A DNA stretch of 64,000 bases, taken from a virus (taxonomy: Duplodnaviria > Caudoviricetes). A program made the position numbers and the translations under genes. This document shows, one piece after another, positions 1-9,866 of the stretch (position 1 is its first letter; each line of letters opens with the position of its first letter). Under the pieces are notes generated by a model, which saw nothing but the letters and a program-made list of their open reading frames with translations, was not told where the DNA came from and made no database searches. The stretch spans positions 64,001 to 128,000 of IMG/VR virus record IMGVR_UViG_2823592041_000002, one strand, 5' to 3'.

Positions 1-114
1 TATAAAAACTTAGTTTTTTTTAGTTTTACACTCCAAAAGTATTATATATAATTCAAGGTGAAACTTGAAAATATATTAAATTATGTTATATGATTTACTT
101 TTCAAGGAGTAAAA

Positions 115-2532
115 ATGACATTAAAACTTCGAGCTTCTGGACAGGTTAAAAACCAGTCCGTACAGCTTTCGAATCTTGTAAATGTTTCTTCAGGTTCAAT
201 TCTGGGTAGATCAGAAGATGAATCCGGTGAAGGTGTTATGTCAGCACTTTCAGGTTCCGATGTAAGAAAAATTGCAGAATTACACAATGATGATAATGTT
301 CAATTTGCTTCAGCATCCTTAACAGGAGCTTTAACAGCATCTTCAAAAACACTTACAGGTGATTTAGCTGCTGCTGATGCTAACCTTTCTGGTGACTTAA
401 ATGCCACTGGAGATGTTGGCGGTGCAACCGCTACTATCTCAGGGAATTCCACCATTGGTGGAACTCTAGGTGTCACTAGTTCTTTAAGTGCTCAGTCTGC
501 TTCCATAACCGCAGCTATGTCCTCTGCTACCATCTCAACTAGTTCTGATGCATCTATTGGTGGAGATTTGACAGTTTCAGGAAACTTAACCATTAGTGGT
601 GACAGTGTCCAAGTAAATGTTGCAACTCTACAAATAGAAGATTCAATGCTAAAGATTGGGAAAGGGAACACTTCAGATACTATAGACTTAGGTTTCTATG
701 GTCTTTATAATGACGGTTCTGACAAGTATGCTGGTCTTTTTAGAGATCAGAGTGACTCTGGTAAGTTTAAGTTGTTTGATGGTATCACTAGTGAACCATC
801 TACAACAGTTGCGGATGTTTCCGGAAACAAAGCTACCTTATCTGCTACTATTGAAGGTAATATCACTTTTGATAATGCTAGAACTTTTTCTTTGAGTGGA
901 GATTTATCAGGTTCTCAGACTTTTGATGGTTCTGGAAACTGTGAAATTGATGCCACTATTGCTGATGATTCTATTGAATTTTCAATGCTTGGATGTGAAA
1001 TCGATGAAGATGACATGGCTTCCAATTCTGCATCACATGTACCTACTCAGCAGTCTGTTAAAACATATTCTGATTCTGAAATTTCATCTTTTGGTCAAGA
1101 TGATTTAGAGGCAAAAGATATGTTGATGGTTGACTCTACAGGTTCTTATGTTAAGGTGAAGGAAGTTAAAACTTATTCTTTAGTAAGTTCTGACGATGAG
1201 AGCAATGATTATGTGACAGTTTCAACAGAGATTGAATCTGAGTTTAAAGAATTATCTCAAGTTTATTTGAATGGTCAAAAATTGAGATATTCATCTGATA
1301 CTGGAACTTCCAATGATTATTGGATTACTGCTACCGATTCTGGTGCTACTAGATATGAAACTGCCTTAACCGCTTCCGATGCAGCTTCAAAAGATTTTTT
1401 TGGATCTGGTGTTGGACTATCTTCTGATGGTCTAGTTTTAGCAGTGGGTGCATCTAGATGGGAAGGTGCATCACCAAATAATCAGCAGGATCAAGGTGGT
1501 GTTTATATTTATGATTGGAATTCTGATAATGAAGAATGGGATCAAAGAGGTTCTGTTATAACTGCGCCAGATGCTGGGAATAACGATAGATTTGGTGCAT
1601 CTACTTCACTGAACTCTGATGGAACTATTATGGCAACAGGTGCTATGTTCTGGGACGATGATGAAACCAACCAAGGCGCTGCATATGTTTTCGAATATAG
1701 TGGAGGTTCATGGTCTCAGAAAGGTTCAACATTATCTCACGACAACCCTACAGCATCTGATTTATTCACTCATGTTTCTATAAGTGGAAATGGTTTAGTT
1801 CTATCTGTAGGCATTTACGCATACGATGGTTCAACGGGTACAGATCAAGGTGCAGTTTATGTTTATGACTGGAATGCTTCAAGTAATGACTGGGATGAAA
1901 GGGGTAATATATTGCTTCCGTCCGATCCTGCAGCTACAGATTACTTCGGTAGAGATACATCTTTATCGAATGACGGTTCCGTTTTGATTGTTGGCTCTGC
2001 TGCATGGGAAGGTGACACTACAAATCAAGGTGCTGTTTATGTTTATGATTGGACAGATACCGATAGTGATGGCACTGCTGATGCTTGGGTTCAGAGGGGT
2101 AATGTCCTAGAAACTGCTGGAAGTGAAGCAGTTAACGATTATTTTGGATTTTCTTGTCAACTTAATAGTGATGCAACTATTATGGCAGTTTCAAAATATC
2201 AACTTGTAAATGGTGGTGGAGATGAAGGTGAAGTTGAATTATATGATTGGAATTCTTCTACAAATTCTTGGGACTTGAGACTTACTATCTCAAATCCATA
2301 TCCAGCTACTTCTGGAACTAAAAACCAATATGGTTTTGGATATAAAGTTTCTATTGATGGTGATGGGGATGTTCTTGTTATTTCTGAAAGAGGTTCTGGA
2401 TATAATAACTTTGCTGGTAGAGTCCAAACATATTCAATATCAACAGAGGCTACAACAGATAAAATAAATTTTAATAATGGTGTAATATCTGAAAATGATA
2501 AATTGGAAATTAGCTATATTATAAAATCATAA
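115..2532 (+). CDS. Virion fibre/structural protein with an FG-GAP-type beta-propeller inserted in its C-terminal domain
   Basis: Gly/Ser/Ala-rich shaft (GDLTVSGNLTISG, TFSLSGDLSGSQTFDGS, PTQQSVK). About six F-G-x-S-x-S-L-x-x-D-G-x-x-L-x-V-G blades. Paralog of 2655..4133. Confidence 0.7.
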   Translation: MTLKLRASGQVKNQSVQLSNLVNVSSGSILGRSEDESGEGVMSALSGSDVRKIAELHNDDNVQFASASLTGALTASSKTLTGDLAAADANLSGDLNATGDVGGATATISGNSTIGGTLGVTSSLSAQSASITAAMSSATISTSSDASIGGDLTVSGNLTISGDSVQVNVATLQIEDSMLKIGKGNTSDTIDLGFYGLYNDGSDKYAGLFRDQSDSGKFKLFDGITSEPSTTVADVSGNKATLSATIEGNITFDNARTFSLSGDLSGSQTFDGSGNCEIDATIADDSIEFSMLGCEIDEDDMASNSASHVPTQQSVKTYSDSEISSFGQDDLEAKDMLMVDSTGSYVKVKEVKTYSLVSSDDESNDYVTVSTEIESEFKELSQVYLNGQKLRYSSDTGTSNDYWITATDSGATRYETALTASDAASKDFFGSGVGLSSDGLVLAVGASRWEGASPNNQQDQGGVYIYDWNSDNEEWDQRGSVITAPDAGNNDRFGASTSLNSDGTIMATGAMFWDDDETNQGAAYVFEYSGGSWSQKGSTLSHDNPTASDLFTHVSISGNGLVLSVGIYAYDGSTGTDQGAVYVYDWNASSNDWDERGNILLPSDPAATDYFGRDTSLSNDGSVLIVGSAAWEGDTTNQGAVYVYDWTDTDSDGTADAWVQRGNVLETAGSEAVNDYFGFSCQLNSDATIMAVSKYQLVNGGGDEGEVELYDWNSSTNSWDLRLTISNPYPATSGTKNQYGFGYKVSIDGDGDVLVISERGSGYNNFAGRVQTYSISTEATTDKINFNNGVISENDKLEISYIIKS

Positions 2533-2654
2533 TAAATAATGTGTTATATTATAAAAAATTTAGTTTTATAGTATGGTGAGTTTATATATAATTATGTGAA
2601 GTGAGAAATATATAATTAAATCATAATTTACATTTTTTTTAAAAGGAGAAAAAA

Positions 2655-4133
2655 ATGGCTTTACAAATTAAGGGTTCTTCCCAGATACAAAATGAATCTA
2701 TAAGTTTGAATAAAATTGCCAACGTCGCTGCTGGTAAAATTCTAGGTAGATCAGAAGACGAATCTGGCGAAGGTGTAATGTCTGCACTTTCTGGTGCTGA
2801 TATTAGAAAAATTGCTGAATTGCATTCTGACGATGCTGTTTCATTTGCTTCCGCATCTCTTTCTGGTGCTTTGTCTGCTGCTTCTGCAACTTTATCAGGT
2901 GATTTAGCTGCTGCTGATGCTAACCTTTCTGGTGACTTAAACGCTACTGGAGATGTTGGTGGTGCTACTGCTACTATCACTGGAAATGCTACTGTTGGTG
3001 GCACTCTAGGTGTTACTAGTTCTTTAAGTGCAGCTTCTGCTGCTATAACTAACGCAGTTACTGCTGCTTCCGCTACTTTGAGTGGAAACTTAGCTGCTGC
3101 TGATGCTAACCTTTCTGGTGACTTAAATGCTACTGGTGACGTTGGTGGCGCTACTGCTACTATCACTGGAAATGCTACCGTTGGTGGTACTTTGGGAGTT
3201 ACTAGTTCTTTAAGTGCTCAGTCTGCTTCCATAACTGCAGCTATGTCTTCCGCTACCATCTCAACTAGTTCTGATGCATCTATTGGTGGAGACTTAACTG
3301 TTTCTGGAGACCTAGTGGTTAACGGTGACAGTGTTCAAGTTAACGTTTCAACTCTACAGGTTGAAGATCCAATGATTAAATTGGGTCAATCAAACAGTGC
3401 TGACAGTTTAGACTTAGGTTTCTACGGTCTTTACAATGACGGTTCTGACAAGTATGCTGGTCTTTTTAGAGATCAGAGTGACTCTGGTAAGTTTAAGTTG
3501 TTCGACGGTATTACTTCCGAACCTACTGCTACTGTTGCAGACGTATCCTCCAACAAGGCAACTTTGGTTGCTACTATCGAAGGTAACATTACTTTTGATA
3601 ACGCTAGAACTTTTTCTTTAAGTGGAGACCTATCAGGTTCTCAGACTTTCGACGGTTCTGGAAACTGTGATATTGAAGCTACCATCGCTGCTAATTCAGT
3701 TGAATTCTCAATGCTTGGATGTGAAATCGATGAAGACGACATGTCTTCCAATTCTGCATCACATATTCCTACTCAGCAATCTGTTAAGGCTTATGTTGAC
3801 GATCAAGTTGCTTCCGCTGGACAGTCTGACTTAGAAGCGAAAGACATGTTGATGGTTGATTCCACAGGTGCTTATGTTAAGGTTAAGGAAATCATCGAAT
3901 ATATCGAGATTTCTTCTGCTAATGAAGCTGAAGTTTCTATCGAAGTTGAAGCTGAATTCGACGAATTATCTATGGTTTTCTTGAATGGTCAGAAATTAAG
4001 ATTTTCTGATGATGCTGGAACTTCCAACGATTACTACTTCGAGAATGATGGATCTGGAGATTTCAAGAAATTGTCCTGTGACATGTTCGAAGTTGGTGAC
4101 GAGATTGAAGTAAGATACTTCATCAAGTCCTAA
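2655..4133 (+). CDS. Virion fibre/structural protein, propeller-less paralog of 115..2532
   Basis: AAGGAG SD. Long near-identical stretches with the upstream gene. Internal 62-aa duplication. C-terminal VFLNGQKL domain. Confidence 0.7.
   Translation: MALQIKGSSQIQNESISLNKIANVAAGKILGRSEDESGEGVMSALSGADIRKIAELHSDDAVSFASASLSGALSAASATLSGDLAAADANLSGDLNATGDVGGATATITGNATVGGTLGVTSSLSAASAAITNAVTAASATLSGNLAAADANLSGDLNATGDVGGATATITGNATVGGTLGVTSSLSAQSASITAAMSSATISTSSDASIGGDLTVSGDLVVNGDSVQVNVSTLQVEDPMIKLGQSNSADSLDLGFYGLYNDGSDKYAGLFRDQSDSGKFKLFDGITSEPTATVADVSSNKATLVATIEGNITFDNARTFSLSGDLSGSQTFDGSGNCDIEATIAANSVEFSMLGCEIDEDDMSSNSASHIPTQQSVKAYVDDQVASAGQSDLEAKDMLMVDSTGAYVKVKEIIEYIEISSANEAEVSIEVEAEFDELSMVFLNGQKLRFSDDAGTSNDYYFENDGSGDFKKLSCDMFEVGDEIEVRYFIKS
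2880..3230 (+). repeat. Internal 186-bp (62-aa) tandem duplication
   Basis: ttagctgctgctgatgctaacctttctggtgacttaaa occurs at 2904 and 3090, an offset of 186. Confidence 0.85.
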
Positions 4134-4157
4134 TTTTATTTTTTAAGATATTAGTAT

Positions 4158-4165
4158 TATAAATA
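4158..4165 (+). promoter_or_regulatory. T4-type late promoter TATAAATA
   Basis: Exact consensus in an intergenic region; gp55 is encoded in the window. Confidence 0.6.
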
Positions 4166-4168
4166 TCT

Positions 4169-4197
4169 GGGAGTGGGGTTTTCTCACTCCCTTTTTT
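4169..4197 (+). terminator. Rho-independent terminator
   Basis: GGGAGTGGGG-TTTT-CTCACTCCC hairpin followed by TTTTTT. Confidence 0.8.
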
Positions 4198-4227
4198 AGT
4201 TTAATATATACAATAGGAGTATTTAAA

Positions 4228-4497
4228 ATGAAAGAACCACTTTTCTTAGTTGAAATGTCTCAATCTCAGATTGAAGGTATTATTTCCGCACTTGATAGTG
4301 TAGTTAAAACAAATGGACTTGGAGTAGCAGAAAAATGCGCTCAGATATATAACACATTACTTGCAGCACAACCAAAAGTTGAACCAGTTATTGAACCAGA
4401 AGTTGAAGAGGTTTCCTTAGAAGAAGTTGAGGATGAATTGGAACAAATTATGGAAGTTCCTAAAAAAAGAAAAAGATCTACTAGAAAGAAAAAGTAA
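4228..4497 (+). CDS. Small hypothetical protein (fibre-associated) with an acidic then Lys-rich tail
   Basis: AGGAG SD; 89-aa ORF between fibre genes. Confidence 0.6.
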   Translation: MKEPLFLVEMSQSQIEGIISALDSVVKTNGLGVAEKCAQIYNTLLAAQPKVEPVIEPEVEEVSLEEVEDELEQIMEVPKKRKRSTRKKK

Positions 4498-4500
4498 GTA

Positions 4501-4508
4501 TATAAATA
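4501..4508 (+). promoter_or_regulatory. T4-type late promoter TATAAATA
   Basis: Exact consensus 29 nt upstream of the 4537 ATG. Confidence 0.75.
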
Positions 4509-4536
4509 CTTTTGATAATAACTGGGAGTTTCCAAA

Positions 4537-5667
4537 ATGGCTATACCTGAGACATTACCACAACCACAAATAGTTAATGAGTTGAATACTATTGAACAAT
4601 GGCGTCAAAAAACAAACTCCATTATGAATAGGTTGAATTCATTATATACAGAATCTAATAACTTATTGGTTGGTGGTTCAATATATGTTGATAATCTTAA
4701 AACACCAACAGTTACTGGTGATGAAATCTTAATTTGTGACCACCAAACAGGTAAAATAGAAAATTCTGGATTAACTGTTTCTGATATATCTGGTTTACAA
4801 AATGGTAATTTTAATGATATAGGTATAGATGCAGTATCATTAACCTTATCGGGTAATGGGGTTGGTGAAAATCAAAACGTCTTAAATGTTAATGGTGATG
4901 TTGATTTGACAGGGGATGTTAGTATTGGTGGTAGTCTAGATGTTGGTGATAATATAACCTGTACCGGTGATGGTGTTAATTCTGGAATAATCACAGCAAC
5001 AAAATTTGTTGGTGATGGGACTAGTTTAACTTTACCTCCACAAACTTTTATATGGTCATCGGAATCAAATAATACTGATATCTATTATGATCAAGGTAGT
5101 GTAAGAATTGGTAATGGTTCATTAGACCCAGAATTGATTTTACAAGGTATAAATGGAACTACTAGGATACAGAACAGTGGAAACTTTTTAGAACTAGTTT
5201 CTGGTAATAAAACATTCATGAGAAATTCTTTAACAGATGGTGATGTTTATATTGGTAACAGTTCCATTATAGTTGATGTATCTGAACAAAAAGTTGGAAT
5301 TGGAACTGGAAGTTTACCGACAGAAACATTAGAAGTTGGTGGAGATTCTTTATTCTCAGGTGATATTACAGTGACTGGTGATGTTGTATCCACATCCGAT
5401 ATTACACTCAAAGAAAATATTGAAGTTATACTAAATCCAATAGAGAAAGTGAAAGAGTTGAGTGGATATACTTTTAACAGAATTGGCCAAGATAAAAGAA
5501 CTATTGGTTTAATGGCACAGGATGTTGAAAAAGTTCTACCAGAAGCGGTATCATCAAACAATGGAATTAAAAGTCTTGCTTATGGAAACTTAGTTGCTCT
5601 GCTAGTTGAAACTGTGAAAGAACAACAAAAGCAAATAGATGAACTCAGAGAAAAGATTGATAAATAA
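4537..5667 (+). CDS. Tail fibre/spike protein with C-terminal intramolecular chaperone (peptidase S74)
   Basis: N-terminal TIEQWRQKTN motif typical of T4-like virion proteins; VGIGT repeat; SDITLKENI...GLMAQDVEKVLPEAV...Y chaperone signature and terminal coiled coil. Confidence 0.8.
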   Translation: MAIPETLPQPQIVNELNTIEQWRQKTNSIMNRLNSLYTESNNLLVGGSIYVDNLKTPTVTGDEILICDHQTGKIENSGLTVSDISGLQNGNFNDIGIDAVSLTLSGNGVGENQNVLNVNGDVDLTGDVSIGGSLDVGDNITCTGDGVNSGIITATKFVGDGTSLTLPPQTFIWSSESNNTDIYYDQGSVRIGNGSLDPELILQGINGTTRIQNSGNFLELVSGNKTFMRNSLTDGDVYIGNSSIIVDVSEQKVGIGTGSLPTETLEVGGDSLFSGDITVTGDVVSTSDITLKENIEVILNPIEKVKELSGYTFNRIGQDKRTIGLMAQDVEKVLPEAVSSNNGIKSLAYGNLVALLVETVKEQQKQIDELREKIDK

Positions 5668-5679
5668 TAAAAAGGGTTT

Positions 5680-8382
5680 GTGATGATAGCTAGAATACAA
5701 ATAAGAAGAGATAAGGAATCTAACTGGGCTGCAAATAATCCAATATTGACATTAGGTGAAATTGGATATGATGAGGATACTGAAAAATTTAAAGTGGGTA
5801 TCAGTAACAGTAGTCGATGGAATGATTTACCATATGAATTAGGTCAATGGAAAACTGATGAATCTGGTAATATTTCATATGGTTATGCTAGTGATGGTCC
5901 AGCAGAAGGTAATGTATCTATTAATAATGATTTATTTGTTGGTGGTGACTTAACAGTTAAAGGTACAACCACAACTATCAATACAGAAGTTGCCACATTC
6001 AAAGACGATATAATTCAATTAAATCTTGATGTTGATGATACTGGAATTTACAGTGGAACATTACAATCAGGTTTTGAAGTTAATAGAGGGAATGTTCCAT
6101 CTATTGGACTATCTTCCCAAAAAATATATTGGGATGAGGCGGATGGACCCTCTGGTAGATGGGTTATTGATACTGATCTTAATGTCTTAGGTGACATATA
6201 TTCGAATGGGACTGCTCTTTGGAGACTGAATGGTAATGACATTTATTTTGACAATGGTTATGTTGCTATTGGTTTAGACAATCCATCTTCTGTATTACAT
6301 ATAAAAGATGTTACACCCATAATAACCCTTGAAGATGAAAATAATCCTGCTCATATTTGGAACGTTGGTCAAAATGCAGATAAGTTTTTCATAAATACTG
6401 AAACTGCTGATGATGGTTCAATGTTTTCTATATTGGACGATGGTAAAGTTGGGATTGGAACCAATAATCCATCTGCTAAATTAGATATTATTTCTGATAT
6501 AACTGGAACATCAACTGAAGATTTAAGAATAACAAACAGTACTGTTACTAATCAATGGCATCGAGGAATAGCAGTTCTACATCCAAATATATCAAATACA
6601 AATTCTGGACTAATAATGTTTGGTAATGCTGAGTCTACTGGAGATTCTGGTCACATAAGTTTTAAGAACAGTGCTACAGATGGAGAAGAACAAATTCAAA
6701 TTGGAATATTCAATAAAAATAGTTTACTCAATATTCAAGGAAATGGAAATGTCGGAATCGGAACTGAAAGTCCAGGCCAGATTCTACATGTTGGTGGAGA
6801 TGTTAGGGGTCAGATTTATATAGACGGAACTCCAACACAAAGCCCTACACTAACACTCGATCATACATCATACACAAATGGTCGAAAATGGGTTCTATAT
6901 TCTGGTGGTTCCGCAGCTGAAAATTTTGATATTTATGATGCAACTGCAAATTTGACAAGATTTTCAATAGATGAAAACGGAAATGTCGGTATTGGAACTG
7001 ATGACCCACCATTTGAATTAACTGTTGAAGGTAGAATTTACGCAAGGGATGGAATACATGTTCAAGATAGAAGGAACGCACCCACTGATAACCCAGCTGG
7101 TCCAGGGGATATAGAACCAACAGATTGGGCGCATAAATCAATATCAACATTTTTCACTAACCAAATTTCGGGTTCACCTAATGTTTGGGATTCTGGCATA
7201 ACCGTATCAGGTTGGGATAATACTTCATATAAAGTTTGGCAATTGTTTGCAAATTCAGAACTTGACAGTCTAAACAGCAGTGACGATTTATATTTCCGAA
7301 CTGGTGCTGGAAATACTTGGGGAACTCTACAAAAAGTCTGGACAGATGTCAACTTACCCCCAAGTGCTATGGGTCAATGGACAACTGTCACAAACGGTAT
7401 TAACTATAGTGGTGGTAATGTCGGAATCGGGACAGCTTCACCGAGTAGTAAATTGGACATAAACACTGGAGCAATGAGTGCTAGCATCAAAATAGGTAAT
7501 TTTGATAACGTAGACATTCCCGAAAATACTGACCAATTTGGTGAAGGTACAAAATTAGAATTCATTGCTGACACGAACCCAAAATATTCAGAACATGTCC
7601 CATTTACAGTTGCTTACATGAAAGCAGAATATGATGGTACAGGAGCTGACACTAAAACAGGCGATACAGCTTTAACTTTTGCAACATATGACGGATGGAG
7701 AGGTAGTGCGGCCGGTGTGCTCTCTGAAAAGATGAGGATTAGTTCCTCTGGAAATGTCGGAATCAATATAATATCACCCGAAACAAAATTAGATATTAAT
7801 TCCAATACATTAATAGGTAATGAAACTTTATTGAGATTTAGAAGAGGTGCAACTCATGGTAATTCTGGGTTTAATCAGTATTATAATCTGGATGCAATAT
7901 CTTCAGGAATTAGTCTTTGGGGTTTGAATTTTGGACTCGGAGTAACTAGTGACAGTGACGGTGGAGTTGGTATAAAGTTTGAATCCAGGAACGGTTCGTC
8001 AACGGTATCGGACAAAATTATTTTCAGAACATCGGGTACTAACCAAGTTGATATAGATAATTCTGGTAATTTAACAGCATCAGGAACAATAACATCAACC
8101 TCTGATATCACACTCAAAGAAAATATTGAACTAATATCAGACCCAATAGAGAAAGTAAAAGAGTTAGGTGGATACACTTTCAATAAGAAAGGTGAAGACT
8201 TGAGATTGGTCGGACTAATAGCACAAGAGGTTGAGAAGGTCTTACCAGAAGCTGTCCATGAGAATCAAGAAGGTCTCAAAAGTCTTGCTTACGGAAACCT
8301 TGTTGCCTTACTAGTTGAGTGTGTAAAAAATCAAGATGAGAGAATTGAAAGTTTGGAAAGAACTATAAAGGAAATGAAGTAA
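5680..8382 (+). CDS. Long tail fibre protein with Mtd/hyaluronidase-like N-terminus and C-terminal S74 chaperone
   Basis: IQIRRD..NW...NPIL..GEIG.D.DT..FKVG N-terminal motif; multiple GNVGIGT repeats; SDITLKENI...GLIAQEVE chaperone. Confidence 0.8.
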   Translation: MMIARIQIRRDKESNWAANNPILTLGEIGYDEDTEKFKVGISNSSRWNDLPYELGQWKTDESGNISYGYASDGPAEGNVSINNDLFVGGDLTVKGTTTTINTEVATFKDDIIQLNLDVDDTGIYSGTLQSGFEVNRGNVPSIGLSSQKIYWDEADGPSGRWVIDTDLNVLGDIYSNGTALWRLNGNDIYFDNGYVAIGLDNPSSVLHIKDVTPIITLEDENNPAHIWNVGQNADKFFINTETADDGSMFSILDDGKVGIGTNNPSAKLDIISDITGTSTEDLRITNSTVTNQWHRGIAVLHPNISNTNSGLIMFGNAESTGDSGHISFKNSATDGEEQIQIGIFNKNSLLNIQGNGNVGIGTESPGQILHVGGDVRGQIYIDGTPTQSPTLTLDHTSYTNGRKWVLYSGGSAAENFDIYDATANLTRFSIDENGNVGIGTDDPPFELTVEGRIYARDGIHVQDRRNAPTDNPAGPGDIEPTDWAHKSISTFFTNQISGSPNVWDSGITVSGWDNTSYKVWQLFANSELDSLNSSDDLYFRTGAGNTWGTLQKVWTDVNLPPSAMGQWTTVTNGINYSGGNVGIGTASPSSKLDINTGAMSASIKIGNFDNVDIPENTDQFGEGTKLEFIADTNPKYSEHVPFTVAYMKAEYDGTGADTKTGDTALTFATYDGWRGSAAGVLSEKMRISSSGNVGINIISPETKLDINSNTLIGNETLLRFRRGATHGNSGFNQYYNLDAISSGISLWGLNFGLGVTSDSDGGVGIKFESRNGSSTVSDKIIFRTSGTNQVDIDNSGNLTASGTITSTSDITLKENIELISDPIEKVKELGGYTFNKKGEDLRLVGLIAQEVEKVLPEAVHENQEGLKSLAYGNLVALLVECVKNQDERIESLERTIKEMK

Positions 8383-8405
8383 GTGTTTTTCCACTTTTAA
8401 CATAT

Positions 8406-8413
8406 TATAAATA
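8406..8413 (+). promoter_or_regulatory. T4-type late promoter TATAAATA (head operon)
   Basis: Exact consensus upstream of the prohead genes. Confidence 0.75.
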
Positions 8414-8432
8414 AATGTGTGATGGAGTTATT

Positions 8433-8606
8433 ATGAGTAAAAATTTTGAAATAATTGATAATATATCTAAAGGGAATTTATCTAAGGCTAGAGAACTTGT
8501 AAAACTCGTTCTTGACCGCAAAGCAGTTGAATTTCTAGAAAAAGAAAAGGTGAATATCTCAAAAGGTTTTTTAAATGATGAACCTGATGAGACTGGAGAA
8601 GAGTAA
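8433..8606 (+). CDS. Small prohead core protein (gp67-like by position)
   Basis: GGAG SD before ATG 8433; small acidic-tailed ORF two genes upstream of gp21. Confidence 0.45.
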   Translation: MSKNFEIIDNISKGNLSKARELVKLVLDRKAVEFLEKEKVNISKGFLNDEPDETGEE

Positions 8607-9158
8607 ATGAAATCTTTAAAAGATCTGAAAGTTGTGGAGGAAGAGGAATCTATTGAAGCTAAGAATTCAAAGACTTTTTCTAATCTAAGAAAGAATTCTC
8701 AAGATGAAATTGTAGAAGCATCTAAAGTTGTTACTGGAAGAGACCAAGAAATAATTGACCAAAATTCTGTGGAAGTTATTGACGGTGTACAAGGTGATGA
8801 TAAATCTTTGGATGAACAAAAAAGTAAACCCAAAAAGAGGAAGAAAAAGAAAAATGTAATATCAGATGATAATAGGTCTACCCTACAATTGGAGGCAACA
8901 TCTAAAAAAGTTGAAGATGTATATTCTCTAATTGTTGAGTCTGTTGAAAAAAATAGAGATAAGAAACTATATTTTGAATCTGATGACAGTTCTTTTGTTA
9001 TAGACCCTAAAGTGTCTAAAATTATTAAAACTGTATACGAAAGTTTAAACAGAGATAATAGAAGAATTATGAGGGATAAGTTGAATGAAAATTTATCATC
9101 CTTCTGTAAAGTACTATCTTTTTCTATATGTAAATTGGGGAAGGTAGAAGAGAGTTAA
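8607..9158 (+). CDS. Prohead core-associated protein (gp68 position)
   Basis: Directly upstream of gp21; charged; MKSLKDL...EEE N-terminus. Confidence 0.45.
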   Translation: MKSLKDLKVVEEEESIEAKNSKTFSNLRKNSQDEIVEASKVVTGRDQEIIDQNSVEVIDGVQGDDKSLDEQKSKPKKRKKKKNVISDDNRSTLQLEATSKKVEDVYSLIVESVEKNRDKKLYFESDDSSFVIDPKVSKIIKTVYESLNRDNRRIMRDKLNENLSSFCKVLSFSICKLGKVEES

Positions 9159-9159
9159 G

Positions 9160-9810
9160 ATGAAACTGATAAAAGAGTTGATAGAAGAAGAAAACCTTCA
9201 ATTCATTACCGAAGAAAAAGACGGTGAGAAAAGATATTACATTGAAGGTGTTTTTATGCAAGCAGATGTTAAAAACAAAAATGGTCGAGTTTATGGTTCG
9301 AACATGCTTGCTGAAAAGGTTGAAGAGTATTCCAAAAACTTCATAGAAAAAAATAGAGCATATGGAGAACTCGGTCATCCATCAAACCCTTCTATTAATC
9401 TAGAGAGAGTTTCACATAGGATTATTTCATTAAGGAGAGATGGTTCAAACTTTGTAGGTAAGGCTCAAGTATCAAGTACCCCTTATGGTAACATCGTCAA
9501 AGGTCTTCTTGAAGACGGTGGAAAACTTGGTGTCTCATCTAGAGGTCTAGGATCATTAATGAAGGAAGATGGGATATTGAAAGTCCAGAGTGACTTTTTA
9601 ATCGTCACCCCTGCTGATATCGTAGCAGACCCATCTGCACCTGATGCTTTCGTTGAAGGTATTATGGAAGGTCGAGAATGGGTGTGGGATAACGGTATCA
9701 TTCGTGAGAAAACTGTAGAAGATTATAAACAAGTTGTCGAGAAGACTTCATCAAAAGATTTGAAGATGGTGAAGTTGAAATTGTTTGAAGATTTTCTTTC
9801 GAAACTGTAA
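9160..9810 (+). CDS. gp21: Prohead core protease
   Basis: YIEGVFMQAD.KNKNGRVY, GELGHP, GVSSRGLGSL, DIVADPSAPDAFV motifs. Confidence 0.97.
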   Translation: MKLIKELIEEENLQFITEEKDGEKRYYIEGVFMQADVKNKNGRVYGSNMLAEKVEEYSKNFIEKNRAYGELGHPSNPSINLERVSHRIISLRRDGSNFVGKAQVSSTPYGNIVKGLLEDGGKLGVSSRGLGSLMKEDGILKVQSDFLIVTPADIVADPSAPDAFVEGIMEGREWVWDNGIIREKTVEDYKQVVEKTSSKDLKMVKLKLFEDFLSKL

Positions 9811-9821
9811 ATATTAATTAT

Positions 9822-9829
9822 TATAAATA
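9822..9829 (+). promoter_or_regulatory. T4-type late promoter TATAAATA
   Basis: Exact consensus upstream of gp22. Confidence 0.75.
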
Positions 9830-9866
9830 AGATATAATGAATGGAATACATTTAGGAGTATTAAAA

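Noticed and set aside
5680-8382. Diversity-generating retroelement target (Mtd-like N-terminus)
   Set aside because: No reverse transcriptase is in the window, and paralog differences are not adenine-specific TR/VR pairs.
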